Shown piece after piece: positions 1 to 10,178 of a stretch of DNA of 64,000 nucleotides. Each line of letters begins with the position of its first letter. Within the stretch, counting starts at the first letter, position 1. The stretch comes from Candidatus Bathyarchaeota archaeon (lineage in GTDB: Archaea; Thermoproteota; Bathyarchaeia; Bathyarchaeales; Bathycorpusculaceae). Both the position numbers and the translations under genes were made by a program. The notes beneath the pieces were generated by a model that saw only the letters and a program-made list of their open reading frames with translations, made no database searches and had not been told where the DNA came from. The stretch covers positions 128,001 to 192,000 of the forward strand of contig CAWGZR010000003.1 of the NCBI GenBank assembly GCA_963827165.1, in the 5' to 3' direction.

Positions 1-568
1 AGATTCCTTGTACACTGGATGCGGAATTACCGATGACACCCATTAAAGCAAATATCCAACTGATACACCAGGCAGCCAGAATAACCAGAAGGCCGCCAGC
101 AACAACGCCTCCAATACTAGCCCATCGGAAACCAAGGATATAACCCATGACTAGTACCAGAGAGGTGGCGATGCTGTAGCGTAGCAGGTCTGCTATCGCT
201 GCCCCGGTTATGGGGGTTTCGTGTGAGATTGGAAGGGATTTGAAACGATTGAACACGCCCTTCTCCATATCCTCGCGGAGTTGAACGCCCATAGCGCTGG
301 TAGCAGTCAACGCAGTCTGGACCATGATGCCTGGCACAATTATTGGTAGATAACTAGTGATGTTGCCAGAGATTGCGCCTCCAAAGAGGAAGGTAAACAA
401 TAGCGTGAATAAAATGGGTTGTACGATAACGTCAAAAAGTTGTTCTGGGTTTCGGCGAATTAGAAGCAGATGGCGATAAGCCATGGTTAATGAGTTCCGG
501 ATAGTCATAGGGATGCTTGTGCGGTTCTTTAGTTTGCGTTCGATGCCTGGAACAATTTTTGTTGTCAT
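1..568 (-). CDS. ABC-2 type (DrrB-like) permease, runs off window start
   Basis: ATG at 568 overlaps the ATPase TGA (ATGA); translation includes RRNPEQLFDVIVQPILFTLLFTFLFGGAI and GVFNRFKSLPIS. Confidence 0.85.
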   Translation of the reverse strand, partial: MTTKIVPGIERKLKNRTSIPMTIRNSLTMAYRHLLLIRRNPEQLFDVIVQPILFTLLFTFLFGGAISGNITSYLPIIVPGIMVQTALTATSAMGVQLREDMEKGVFNRFKSLPISHETPITGAAIADLLRYSIATSLVLVMGYILGFRWASIGGVVAGGLLVILAAWCISWIFALMGVIGNSASSVQGI

Positions 569-1629
569 TGTTTGTTCGCTCCTTTTTGGGTTTGCTTACT
601 TTCATGTTCATTTTTGTTTTCGCCGGTAAGGGTGAGGAAAACTTCGTCTAGGGATGGTTCTTGCACGTTCACTCTAGAAAGGCGGATGTTTTCTTGACGC
701 AGAGCGAGGAGTAAATCGGTTACTCGTTCAGGGTCTGCTATGAGGGCTGTGATGAGGTTGGGCTCGTTTGTCGATGCTTTTGCGTTGAGTACGGTTTGAA
801 CGATGTTCATTGCTTTGGCGTTATCTTTCTCGTTTTCGAGTCGTAGATGCAACGTTGCGCTTCCGACTTTGGCTTTTAACTCGTTAGGTGTACCTTCAGC
901 CACTACACGTCCATGGTCGATAACGACGATTCGGTCAGCAAGTTGGTCGGCTTCATCGAGATACTGAGTCGTTAAGAGAATCGTGGACCCAGATGAAGCA
1001 ATTTCTCGGATAATTTTCCACATTTGATTTCTGGTCCGTGGGTCAAGTCCGGTTGTGGGCTCATCCAGAAAAATGAGCGGTGCTTGCACAATGAGACTTG
1101 CCGCGAAATCGAGCTTGTGTCTCATACCTCCCGAGAATTTCTCGACTGGTCGGTTGGCAGCTTCGGTTAACCCAAATTCTTCTAGCAACTCTGTGGTTCT
1201 TTTGCGTGCTTCAGATGTACTTAAGCCAAGTAACATTCCAAAGATTCTCAAGTTCTCGGCTGCGGATAGTTTTTCGTCAAGAGCGGCATCTTGGTCAGTT
1301 ACACTGATTAGCTGACGGACGATTTGTGCCTCACGCTGTACGTCATGGCCAAATATTTTAGCGGTTCCGCCGTCTGGCTTTAGCAGTGTCGCAAGCATAT
1401 TGATGGTAGTTGTCTTACCTGCACCGTTTGGTCCAAGCAAGCCATATATGCTGCCTGTCGGTATGGCTAAATCCACGCCATCAACTGCATGATTATCGCC
1501 AAATATCTTTACGAGTCCCTTGGCTTCTACGGCAAGTGTGCCTAGTTCTATTTTTTTGGATGGGTTCTTCGGGGTTTCAACCTGAATGTCTAACTGTTTC
1601 GACATTTTTTTACTTCCCTTTATTTTCAC
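565..1629 (-). CDS. ABC transporter ATP-binding protein (DrrA-like)
   Basis: GPNGAGKT Walker A, FSGGM signature, LDEPTTGLD Walker B, PSLDEVFL C-terminus. Confidence 0.95.
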   Translation of the reverse strand: MKIKGSKKMSKQLDIQVETPKNPSKKIELGTLAVEAKGLVKIFGDNHAVDGVDLAIPTGSIYGLLGPNGAGKTTTINMLATLLKPDGGTAKIFGHDVQREAQIVRQLISVTDQDAALDEKLSAAENLRIFGMLLGLSTSEARKRTTELLEEFGLTEAANRPVEKFSGGMRHKLDFAASLIVQAPLIFLDEPTTGLDPRTRNQMWKIIREIASSGSTILLTTQYLDEADQLADRIVVIDHGRVVAEGTPNELKAKVGSATLHLRLENEKDNAKAMNIVQTVLNAKASTNEPNLITALIADPERVTDLLLALRQENIRLSRVNVQEPSLDEVFLTLTGENKNEHESKQTQKGANKQ

Positions 1630-2248
1630 TCATAGTTTTGCCTTTAATCTTGTTCCTTATTTCTTCAAGTTTCGCTGATGCATCATCAAGTGCTTTTAGT
1701 GCTTCATCTAATTCTTTCTCTGAATAGTTTTCTCTCAAAGCTTTACTTAGCTCAATTGACGCGTGGAAAAGGTGCTCCACCGAAGCATGGATTTGGCGAG
1801 ATTTTTCTTGAGGTATATCGCTAAAGAACCTGTCAAAGAAGGGATGGGTCATAAATCCTCCGTCTTGAGTGAATTTTTCTCTAATTTTGGCTTGTTCTTC
1901 AAGTAATTCTTTGCCGCTTTGTGTTAACTCATAGCGTTTGAACCCGTTTTCGGTGGGTAGTTCTTTTACGTACGCATTATCTTGTAGATAGGCGAGCAGT
2001 GGGTAGATTGAGCCTGGACTGGGTTTCCATACGCCGCCGGTGTGTTTTCCGATTTGATCCATTAGTTCTGAGCCTGACATTGGGTGTTCGTTGAGCGCTT
2101 CAAGCACATGGTAGCGGAGGAAGCCTTTTGGCACCATGGCGTTATGCCGGAGCCAGTTTCGCCTGTGGAACATCATGTGTTTTTTGTGTTTTTCTTCGCG
2201 CATTTCCTTTTCCATTTCTTTTTTTTCGTCTCTTTCTTCTTTATCCAT
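1610..2248 (-). CDS. PadR family transcriptional regulator
   Basis: PMSGSELM...WKPSPGSIYPLL...YELTQSG; start placed at MDKEE because the upstream ORF extension overlaps the operator-like repeat. Confidence 0.9.
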   Translation of the reverse strand: MDKEERDEKKEMEKEMREEKHKKHMMFHRRNWLRHNAMVPKGFLRYHVLEALNEHPMSGSELMDQIGKHTGGVWKPSPGSIYPLLAYLQDNAYVKELPTENGFKRYELTQSGKELLEEQAKIREKFTQDGGFMTHPFFDRFFSDIPQEKSRQIHASVEHLFHASIELSKALRENYSEKELDEALKALDDASAKLEEIRNKIKGKTMSENKGK

Positions 2249-2250
2249 AA

Positions 2251-2302
2251 ATATCACTATAGATATCATTATTGACTTCACATGTGATATCATAAGTGAT
2301 AT
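2251..2302. promoter_or_regulatory. Inverted repeat, candidate PadR autoregulatory operator
   Basis: ATATCACTATAGATATCA (2251-2268) and TGATATCATAAGTGATAT (2285-2302) are near-perfect inverted copies directly upstream of padR. Confidence 0.55.
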
Positions 2303-2587
2303 TTAAGTTTATTGCGACCACTTGGGCAATTAAAATATATCCTTCGGGAATTTAGCTTAAAAATGGGTTAATATAGACGTCAAGTTGTTATCGAACAAAT
2401 TGCTTACGGGTGTGACTGACCCGGAAATTTGCGGCTGATGAGGTTTTTTAGCTTTTAGATTAAGCTTTAACAATACTATACTCTTCTCAGAACTATCGAT
2501 TCTGATCTGCTGGCCCCAAAAAACTAAAGCTGAAGCGCTCAACATTGGTTGTGTACCGCAGAAGAGACATCGCCATTGGGGTACTCA

Positions 2588-3862
2588 TTATAGTTCGGTT
2601 TCTTTATACCTCAGAGTATCTATTGTATCTCTAATGAAGGTTTTACCCTTACTCGTCAACGAGTAAACGCCGTTTGTTAAAACAATATATGCCTCCTCGG
2701 TTAAGGGCTTGATAAGGTCAGAAAAGTTATCTTCGAAGTCAACGCCTGTTCCAACCCTAAATTCATTAAAAACTGCTGGCATATAGCTGGGTCGGAAAGT
2801 TTCTTCCAACGAATCCACAAGCTCCTGCTTAGTGCTTAATTTGCCTTTGTAAATTGAGTATAAAATCCAGTTTCGGAAGTTGTCCAAGCGGCGCTGCTCA
2901 AATCGTTTTTCAATTGGCAACTTGAACTTTGAAAACTCGGGCTGTTGCCCCTTCATTGATTTGCTAACTTCTCGGGTTAAACTTACTCCATCAATGCTGA
3001 TTCTAACAGCTATGAATACTCCAACTATCGCATCTACCCAGTATATGCCAAATATAGAGAAGATTACGCCCACAATAACAGCTGCCGAGGAGTAAACGCT
3101 GTTTTTGGAGTCGATAGATTGGGATATGAGTGCAAGGCTCTGGTTTCTGTTTCCCACAACCCGCTGATAAAGCGAAAGGACAAACATCGATAGCATAGCT
3201 ATGAGTTCTATGACGATTACCACCATAGGCATAGATATGGGCAAGAATGTTCCATGTACCCGGTGAATTATGGAATTTGCTGAGTCATAAAACAGAATAG
3301 CAGCTGTTAGAAACATCAACCCAAGTATGATAACCGTGCCCAAGGTGTCTTTTTTGAATTTTATGCCCGCCCAAACAATCCCAGAAGACGCTGTATCGAC
3401 TGTCGTGTCTGCACCATCAGCGATCAAGCCGACACTACCACTAAAAAAACCAGCCGACATTTTCAGCACTGCTAAAACAAGGTAACCGGCGGTCGCGTTC
3501 CTCGCAGCAGCAGAGGGACTTGAAATCTGGGTTTCAATCCTGTGGACCAAACTTTCCATGTCACTGGCGATTTCTTCCGCTTGCACCCTGCCTACAGCCG
3601 TTAACTCATACGCAGCATTATCTGAAAGTTTTATCAATTCTTTTCGTACCAGGTCATCGCATGTCGATGCTACACACAACGTTTCTGAACGTGCACGTCG
3701 TTCTCCAGTCTGGTTGTGTAAACCTGAGGTTTGCAGGGCAGTTTTTTCTTGGAGTTGTAGCAGGGGTTGGGCGCCTTCTTTGCGAAGAATCAGTAGGATG
3801 CATTGAGCTAAATCGCCACTTATCCTTAGTTTCCTGTTTCGTGCCAAGCAAATCACATTCAA
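2588..3862 (-). CDS. Cation diffusion facilitator-like membrane protein flanked by two wHTH-like domains
   Basis: LKMSAGFFSGSVGLIADGADT, SLALISQSIDSKNS and WVDAIVG CDF-type TM motifs; YELTAVG and YSLTSKG wing motifs. Confidence 0.75.
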   Translation of the reverse strand: MNVICLARNRKLRISGDLAQCILLILRKEGAQPLLQLQEKTALQTSGLHNQTGERRARSETLCVASTCDDLVRKELIKLSDNAAYELTAVGRVQAEEIASDMESLVHRIETQISSPSAAARNATAGYLVLAVLKMSAGFFSGSVGLIADGADTTVDTASSGIVWAGIKFKKDTLGTVIILGLMFLTAAILFYDSANSIIHRVHGTFLPISMPMVVIVIELIAMLSMFVLSLYQRVVGNRNQSLALISQSIDSKNSVYSSAAVIVGVIFSIFGIYWVDAIVGVFIAVRISIDGVSLTREVSKSMKGQQPEFSKFKLPIEKRFEQRRLDNFRNWILYSIYKGKLSTKQELVDSLEETFRPSYMPAVFNEFRVGTGVDFEDNFSDLIKPLTEEAYIVLTNGVYSLTSKGKTFIRDTIDTLRYKETEL

Positions 3863-3988
3863 TATCTGATGTTAACTTTTTGATCTTGCCAAGCAAATGA
3901 TAAAAAAAATTGTATCACTGATTACATATTTGGAAGTCACAAAAAAGGTGGATGTTTAAGCATTATAATTTTTCCTCTGGGACGTCAA

Positions 3989-4003
3989 TCCCGTCGGACC
4001 CGC
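3989..4003 (+). repeat. tRNA 3'-end-like direct repeat (outer att-like site, left)
   Basis: TCCCGTCGGACCCGC is identical to 30509-30523; both copies are followed shortly by TTTATACTGA. Confidence 0.7.
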
Positions 4004-4277
4004 CTTCCCACGTACACTTTTATACTGAAAACAATACTTCCCCTTTTTCTTTTTTGGTTAAATTAGTAGGTCCGGGAGAGACCTATGCATATGCTCACAT
4101 ATACCATTTTTTTGACCAGTTAAGGTTCATAAAAACGTAAGGCAGCTACACCATTTTTTTGTTGAATTGTCTACGCGAGAGCAATCTGAATGGTTTTCTT
4201 AGATTGTAGAATATCCACAAAGAAAAATCCTCTATTACGCCCCAGCAGGTTGACCAGTTCCCACCTTTGCCACAAAC

Positions 4278-4610
4278 TCAGTAGTTGTCGTACGCATTGG
4301 ATCTGTGTATAATGTCAAAAAACACGACAGCGTCGTCGTCTTTGCGATTGCAGTCCAAGCAAGAGTTGATTTTTCCATAGCCTTTTGCTCGACATTCCTT
4401 ACAAACGCTGTAAATGAGTCGATACCCAGCTTTGCCTATGTACATCCTTCGTTTGCCTTTGAACGCTGCTGTGAGTTCCTCTGAGTTTCTACATGGGTCT
4501 TCCATCATGTCTTTTATCTTTGATTCAACTCGCTGTTTTAGAAGAGCGTCTTTCTTAACGAGTTTCGCAAAGTGTTTTTGAAAATCCTGTGAGAAAAAAG
4601 GCGTGTACAC
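4278..4610 (-). CDS. RelE/ParE-family toxin with CxxC..CxxC insertion
   Basis: FQKHFAKL...EELTAAFKGKRRMYIG...YRLIY...FFDIIHRSNAY; starts immediately after the antitoxin stop. Confidence 0.75.
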   Translation of the reverse strand: MYTPFFSQDFQKHFAKLVKKDALLKQRVESKIKDMMEDPCRNSEELTAAFKGKRRMYIGKAGYRLIYSVCKECRAKGYGKINSCLDCNRKDDDAVVFFDIIHRSNAYDNY

Positions 4611-5285
4611 TTAGAACACTTCGTCGAAGCCCAGTAGCGGTTTCGTTCGTGCAGATTCTACCGCTTTTGTTAGTGAATCGAAGGTGTCCTTTTCGAGGTA
4701 TATTTCCAAAGTGGCAATTTCGGAAGGTGTGAGGGTAAAGACTTTGGTTGCTGCATTTTCTTGGATTGGTTTCAGCAGGGGGGCTCTGAGAGGATAACGA
4801 GCGATTGTTTTGGTTCTCTCTGCCGTTTCACTCAAGGCTAAAGGACTTTGCATTCGGTAAACAGAATTCAACAGTTTCTTGAATTCCAATGGTGCATACT
4901 GTCTATTTACTTCGGTTACGGTTTTCAAGAAAGCTCTATTTCGTAAAGAAATAGACCCAAAATCTTGGAGAATACGCGTGCATTTTTCCGTCGGAATTAT
5001 CTTGGTTCCTACCTCAGCCTTCTCAGTTTCCACGATCTTTGATTCGACAAAGCTTTTTAGGTCATTTCTAAGACCTTGGCTGTAGGGGCCATAGTAGAGC
5101 TTGATGAAATAGTAGCCGAAACCCCTTTCGTTCGTCTTAGTCATTTCCTTCTCTGAAATGAATGCGAGCTTCTGGAGTTTGGTTTCAGAGAGGAAATTCG
5201 TTCTTTTGCAAGCGTCGCCAATCGAGTACGCCAGCAAGAACTGATCAATCAACCTGTTAACTGTGGTTCTGACCACTTGAATCAA
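4611..5285 (-). CDS. Panacea/SocA-like (DUF4065) antitoxin
   Basis: TKLQKLAF and F-x4-YGPYS motifs; located directly upstream of the toxin. Confidence 0.7.
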   Translation of the reverse strand: MIQVVRTTVNRLIDQFLLAYSIGDACKRTNFLSETKLQKLAFISEKEMTKTNERGFGYYFIKLYYGPYSQGLRNDLKSFVESKIVETEKAEVGTKIIPTEKCTRILQDFGSISLRNRAFLKTVTEVNRQYAPLEFKKLLNSVYRMQSPLALSETAERTKTIARYPLRAPLLKPIQENAATKVFTLTPSEIATLEIYLEKDTFDSLTKAVESARTKPLLGFDEVF

Positions 5286-5382
5286 TCCAACAATAGGAGT
5301 AGATTCATCACAGCTATAAGATTTTTATTCCTTCTAACCATAAATTGATCAGTCAGCTCGTGGCGGACTACGGCGTGAATGA

Positions 5383-6177
5383 ATGGCGAAACCTTGGGCA
5401 ACCCCGCAATGGAAGAAGAAGCGTCTTGAATTCATACAGGACAAAACTTGTGAATGGCGCGGCTCAGCGGAGAACCTCGCAATTCACCACGTTGAACACT
5501 TTAACGGGTTGCAAGAATACAAGAAACTCTTAACCCGAACGATAAGTCAACATTTTGCTGCAGGGAAGAACAAAGATGAAAAGCTTGATTTGCTCGCCGA
5601 AGCCAATCAGAAAGTCCAGGTAAGGTATGTTAATTTATGTCCCAAGTGTGGCTCCCAAGTTTATTCCCGAAAAACCATTACTCCGAAATACAAATGCAAG
5701 AACTGCAGTACCGAAACCAACAACCCAGCGAAGAAACTAAGTCCTGACTCCCAGAAAGCATTACGCAGAGAATTCCGCAAATCCTTCCTGCAGAGCCACA
5801 AAGAAACAATCGACAAAACTTTCAAGGAGTTGAAGGAGAACTCAAATAAGGAGTACCTCGATTTCAAAAACGTGAACGTTCTGTGCAGAAAATGTCATTA
5901 CGCAAGAGAAAAGGGCTTGGTCATTTGCGAAGTCTGCCACAAAAGCTACCACAAACCCAAATACGAAAAATGCTGGAAGTGTTTCAAAAAAACTACTGAC
6001 GGCAAGACGGTTGCTCAGTTGAGTGAATTCTCACCATATATAAATCCGTGGTGTGGCAAAACTTTCCAGATTAAGAGAAAACTGTGGGCAGTTGAAGCCA
6101 ACCCAAGAACGTGTTGTATCTCTTATTGCGAAGAAGATCCTGAAAGTTGCATCAAAGCCAAAAGCAACTGGAGTTAA
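5383..6177 (+). CDS. HNH-like, multi zinc-finger protein
   Basis: QWKKKRLE..CEWRGSAENLAIHH...VLCRKCH plus several further CxxC pairs. Confidence 0.6.
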   Translation: MAKPWATPQWKKKRLEFIQDKTCEWRGSAENLAIHHVEHFNGLQEYKKLLTRTISQHFAAGKNKDEKLDLLAEANQKVQVRYVNLCPKCGSQVYSRKTITPKYKCKNCSTETNNPAKKLSPDSQKALRREFRKSFLQSHKETIDKTFKELKENSNKEYLDFKNVNVLCRKCHYAREKGLVICEVCHKSYHKPKYEKCWKCFKKTTDGKTVAQLSEFSPYINPWCGKTFQIKRKLWAVEANPRTCCISYCEEDPESCIKAKSNWS

Positions 6178-6202
6178 CACTCTAACTTAGAATTTCATCT
6201 CT

Positions 6203-6340
6203 TCAATCATTGCGTTTTAGCAAGAAGAAAATGATTAGAATTATTACTGCGATGACAGCACCAGCAATGAAATACCATAATACATTGTTAGCCCAGATGC
6301 CTCCCCAATTGTACGGTGTTGATGTTGGACCCTCGGCCAT
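6203..6340 (-). CDS. 45-aa single-pass membrane protein (absent from ORF track)
   Basis: MAEGPTSTPYNWGGIWANNVLWYFIAGAVIAVIILIIFFLLKRND; GAGG and a TTTTAAAT box upstream. Confidence 0.6.
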   Translation of the reverse strand: MAEGPTSTPYNWGGIWANNVLWYFIAGAVIAVIILIIFFLLKRND

Positions 6341-6441
6341 TAGACTGACCTCAATTGCACTCAACTTACCCAACTACTATTTAAAATATGCACAACGGAA
6401 ATTGCCCAGAAAAAGGTTGGAAAGTACATATTAGCCCCTGG

Positions 6442-6525
6442 GGGTTCAAATCCCAGCTTGGTTCATAATTAGATTCGAACCCAATATAGTATACTTCCTC
6501 CAAATTGTTTTTGGGGTTCAAATCC
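6442..6525. repeat. Cluster of tRNA T-loop-like half sites
   Basis: GGGTTCAAATC 6442, inverted GATTCGAACCC 6472-6482, GGGTTCAAATCC 6514. Confidence 0.55.
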
Positions 6526-6966
6526 TCGGCATGCTTCGTCAGACGCGAATTTTTAACGTTAATATTATCCTTCTTTTTTTTGTCGCCAATTACGATAACC
6601 AACATGCATAGCAGTTATTTAGTGACACTAGCGACGAGCGGAGAACAAACAGAATGCCTGATGTGGCTGCTGATTGTCACCGTTACGATCACGGAATGAT
6701 GTTTATTAGCTGCTTGCTTTTAAAATTGAATTGGAGAAGGTAGAAGTGAATGTTATTATTGATAAATGTTGGAAGATTTTGAGGAGCGAGTTCTCCGAGT
6801 ATTATTTCGCGATTTTTTCTAGAAAGGAAGGACCTCCAATCTGCATTATCTTGTGTTTGTTAACAATTTTGTCTTACACGTTATTGCACGCGTAAGCTAT
6901 CTTAAAGTATTGTTTAGAAAAATTGAAAAATAAAAAAAGAGAGTTGTTTGTTGACTTTTGCTTTTT

Positions 6967-9834
6967 CTATTCTAACGGCGTTTTGGTTGAGCGCTTTCTT
7001 CTTCGCACTATCCCGATGATGACTGCTCCAAGCAAGATCATAGCTGCTGCAATGGTAACGTATTGACCCATTGTTGCAAACATTGTTGTTGGAGCTGAGG
7101 TTGGATTGGTAGTTGGTCTAAGTGTAGCTGTTGGTGTAGGCGGAATTGTGGGAGTTGGTATTGTTGTTGGATTTGGCAGGGTAATTGAGGTTTGGCTTTG
7201 TGCCCAAGTGGCTATTGGTATTGGAATATATGGGTTTGATTCGGTTGTGAACAAGATTTCTATTTGGTGGGTGCTGAAATGAGTAGTGAACGCTAGGTAA
7301 AAATTGTCAGAGTCTTGGGTGAATGATTGGTTTTCAGCCACTATGCCGTCGATGTAAACAACTGGGTTTGTTCCAAAGGGTATGGCGATTTTTGGAATGG
7401 TTAGGTTGCAGAATCCCTCTGTTCCGTTGGGTCCTGTTAGTGTAAAATCTACTGTGGTTATTCTTGTGTCTTGATTTGGGGTAATGGTCATGTTTGAGAA
7501 CTGTTCTGTAGTTACGTTTCCGCCTATTTCTACGGGGTAGGTTTCGCATGTATTAGTATCTGTTGCAGTTATTGTGTTGGTTGTAAAGTTAGCAGAGATA
7601 GAGTGATCATCCTGAACGTTTGAGAAAGTGTACGTTGATGCAACTGTGACTGCGGAACCATCGACTACTAAAGAGGAAATATGGTAACCCACTTGCGGTG
7701 TTATAACGAAAACTTGACTTCCACCATAGGAAACTGTTGAAGTTGATGGGGCAACAGTTCCATGATCACCTTGAGTAACCGTGATTGTGTAGGTGTTAAT
7801 CGCGAAAGTCACATCGATAGTGGTAGCTCCCGTAATGGTCGGGTTATAGCTTGAAACAGAACCTAAATGAATAGTTCCATTAACCACAACATCTGCTACA
7901 TTATAGCCTACGACAGGAGTGAAAGTGAAGTTAAGCGGAGTATTCCAATCAACAGTCTGATTAGCCAAATTAGATGCACCATTAGCGCTCACTGTAACCG
8001 TTATTGGGTAGTTATTTACGACAAAAGTAGGTGTTAACGTGTGGTTTGCATACATTGTTAACTCTAGAGGGTTGTTATTGCCTGATGGGTTGTTGTCAAC
8101 TGTCCAGAATGCGAGATTGTAGCCATCTGCTGGTGTAGCAACAACTTCTGCGGTATCGCCGTAGGTGTATGATTGGTTACCGTTCGTGGGATTGGTTGTT
8201 CCGCCCGATGCTGAGTTGATAGTTAGTTGGAAGGTAGTTGGGATCACGTATGCTTTTATGAGGTGATTTTGGTTCATAGTGACTGTGACAGAACTGTTTG
8301 TTCCTGTTACGCCGTCGAGGATCCAATGGTCAAGTGTTAATTGAGGAGGTAACCCTAAGTAATCAGCTGAAAGGTTCTTAATTGTACCTGAAGTGTAAGT
8401 CCATGATTGGTTATTCTGGAAAATATTGTTTAAGTAAATTTCAGCTGTTAAGTTGTATGTGTTAATCGCAAAAGTTGCACTAATGGATCCGTTATCTGAA
8501 ATTTCATTGAACTGGTATTCTTGACCTGCAGGGTTAGTGACAGTTACTGGTTCATCATTGACAGTTATGTTGGCGATGTGGTAGCCAGAATTTGGTGTTA
8601 TTGTGAAAATTGGTGTATCACCATAATTAACAGTGGATGTACCGGGTGAAATTTGGCCGTTATCACTCTGAGTAACCGTGACCGTGTAAATCGAAGGTGA
8701 AGTTAATCTTATCACCGAAATAGAACTGCTTTCATAACCTCCGATTGAAGTATAGACGTATTCACCGTTGGGTGTTACTGCTAAACCGCCAGATCCTCCA
8801 AAAAAATAATACATGCCGCCAAGGGATATTGTTTCTGTTACGGTGTTTGTAGCTGTGCTAATTACTGAAAACGAATTCCCGATATCCATACTGCTGTACG
8901 TAGCGTAGATGGATTCGCCGTTGGGTGCAACTGCAACGCTGCCAGTTCCGCCTTCTTCTGGATCTACCATCCCTCCGAGGATTATTGTTTGTGTTACTGA
9001 GTTTGTGGTTGTGCTAATTACTGAAACCAAATTCCCGTTCTGCCAATCGATACTTGTGACATAGACTGATTCGCCGTTGGGTGCAACTGCTATTCCACCA
9101 GTTCCACCTTCTGAAAAATCAGGGTAGCCGTTAAGGGTTATTGTTGCTGTTACTGTGTTTGTGGCTGTGCTTATTACTAAAACCGAAGTATCGTCGTAGC
9201 TCTCTTTGACGTAGATGGAACTCCCGTCAGGTGCCATTGCAACATCTTCAGGATTATTTAAGCCCGTTATTGTTGCTGTTACTGTGTTTGTGGCTGTGCT
9301 AATTACTGAAACTGTGTTGCCGCCGTAATTTGTAACGTAGACTACTTGGCCGTTAGGTGATACGACCACGCCTTCAGGATAGTTAAAACCAGTTATCGTT
9401 GCAGTTACCGTATTTGTAGCCGTGGTAATAACTGAAACAGTATTGTCGGAATAATTAGGAATGTAAACGTATTCACCATTAGGTGTTATAGCTGCGCCTA
9501 TAGGTTGGTTTCCAACAGTTATTGTCGTCACCACGGTATTTGTTAACGTGTTTATGACCGAGACTGTGCCATCGAATCTGTTGGTAGAGTAGACGTATTG
9601 ACCGTTGGGTGTTACTGCTATGCCGCCGACACCGTTTCCAACATTTATGGTTGTTGTTAATGTGGATGCTTGAGCTAATTGAGGTAATAATGCTAATGCA
9701 AATGATATCAAGAGAATAGCGGAAAAGATGCCTACAACTCTTATCGTTTTTGTTGTTTTATGCTGTTTATTGTGAATTCCTTGTTCAGTACTTGCTTTTT
9801 TCAGAAATTTATAATTCTTCATGGTTTGACTCAA
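6967..9834 (-). CDS. Surface protein: YVTN beta-propeller, InlB-B/Flg_new-like repeats, PT linker, C-terminal TM
   Basis: Repeated YVTNYGGNTVSVISTATNTVTATI; TP-x-x-GYHI repeats; signal peptide; TM followed by RRRKR. Confidence 0.9.
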   Translation of the reverse strand: MSQTMKNYKFLKKASTEQGIHNKQHKTTKTIRVVGIFSAILLISFALALLPQLAQASTLTTTINVGNGVGGIAVTPNGQYVYSTNRFDGTVSVINTLTNTVVTTITVGNQPIGAAITPNGEYVYIPNYSDNTVSVITTATNTVTATITGFNYPEGVVVSPNGQVVYVTNYGGNTVSVISTATNTVTATITGLNNPEDVAMAPDGSSIYVKESYDDTSVLVISTATNTVTATITLNGYPDFSEGGTGGIAVAPNGESVYVTSIDWQNGNLVSVISTTTNSVTQTIILGGMVDPEEGGTGSVAVAPNGESIYATYSSMDIGNSFSVISTATNTVTETISLGGMYYFFGGSGGLAVTPNGEYVYTSIGGYESSSISVIRLTSPSIYTVTVTQSDNGQISPGTSTVNYGDTPIFTITPNSGYHIANITVNDEPVTVTNPAGQEYQFNEISDNGSISATFAINTYNLTAEIYLNNIFQNNQSWTYTSGTIKNLSADYLGLPPQLTLDHWILDGVTGTNSSVTVTMNQNHLIKAYVIPTTFQLTINSASGGTTNPTNGNQSYTYGDTAEVVATPADGYNLAFWTVDNNPSGNNNPLELTMYANHTLTPTFVVNNYPITVTVSANGASNLANQTVDWNTPLNFTFTPVVGYNVADVVVNGTIHLGSVSSYNPTITGATTIDVTFAINTYTITVTQGDHGTVAPSTSTVSYGGSQVFVITPQVGYHISSLVVDGSAVTVASTYTFSNVQDDHSISANFTTNTITATDTNTCETYPVEIGGNVTTEQFSNMTITPNQDTRITTVDFTLTGPNGTEGFCNLTIPKIAIPFGTNPVVYIDGIVAENQSFTQDSDNFYLAFTTHFSTHQIEILFTTESNPYIPIPIATWAQSQTSITLPNPTTIPTPTIPPTPTATLRPTTNPTSAPTTMFATMGQYVTIAAAMILLGAVIIGIVRRRKRSTKTPLE

Positions 9835-10178
9835 ACCTTTACGATAATGCTATTTTCTTGAGTCTTATTATATAAAATATGAGAAGCAGTAATTCATGTT
9901 TTAAGATTTTTTTAATGTTTCTATTGTTATTGATTCATATTAAAGACAAATTTCGAAAATCTAATAGATCCAAGAACTAAAAGATGATTTTACCAGGTAA
10001 ATTGTTGCTATTATCCCTCGTCAGCGCCTGTCAGACTCCTGAAGATTAGGGACTAATACTGGGTAGGGGTTAAGCCCGGTACGACTCATCCTCGTCTCAA
10101 AGAAGTTTGTTTAAGTGATATTTTCAGGGTGATTCAAATTAATTTTACTCTTTTGGTCATTGTGGTTTGAACCCAATT

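Noticed and set aside
1937-1945. TTTGAACCC half-site
   Set aside because: It lies inside padR coding sequence (NGFK) with no partner; chance match.
8830-9620. CRISPR-like repeated DNA
   Set aside because: The repeats are in-frame YVTN propeller coding repeats, not repeat-spacer units; no cas genes are present.
10012-10100. Possible hammerhead or twister ribozyme (CTGACGAG on minus strand; TACTGGG/CCCGGTA hairpin)
   Set aside because: The required GAAA core and flanking stems could not be built; only one hairpin is supported.
10161-10166. TGTGGT (intron IBS1) also precedes the att palindromes at 10161 and 30266
   Set aside because: A 6-mer match with no intron at those sites cannot be distinguished from chance.
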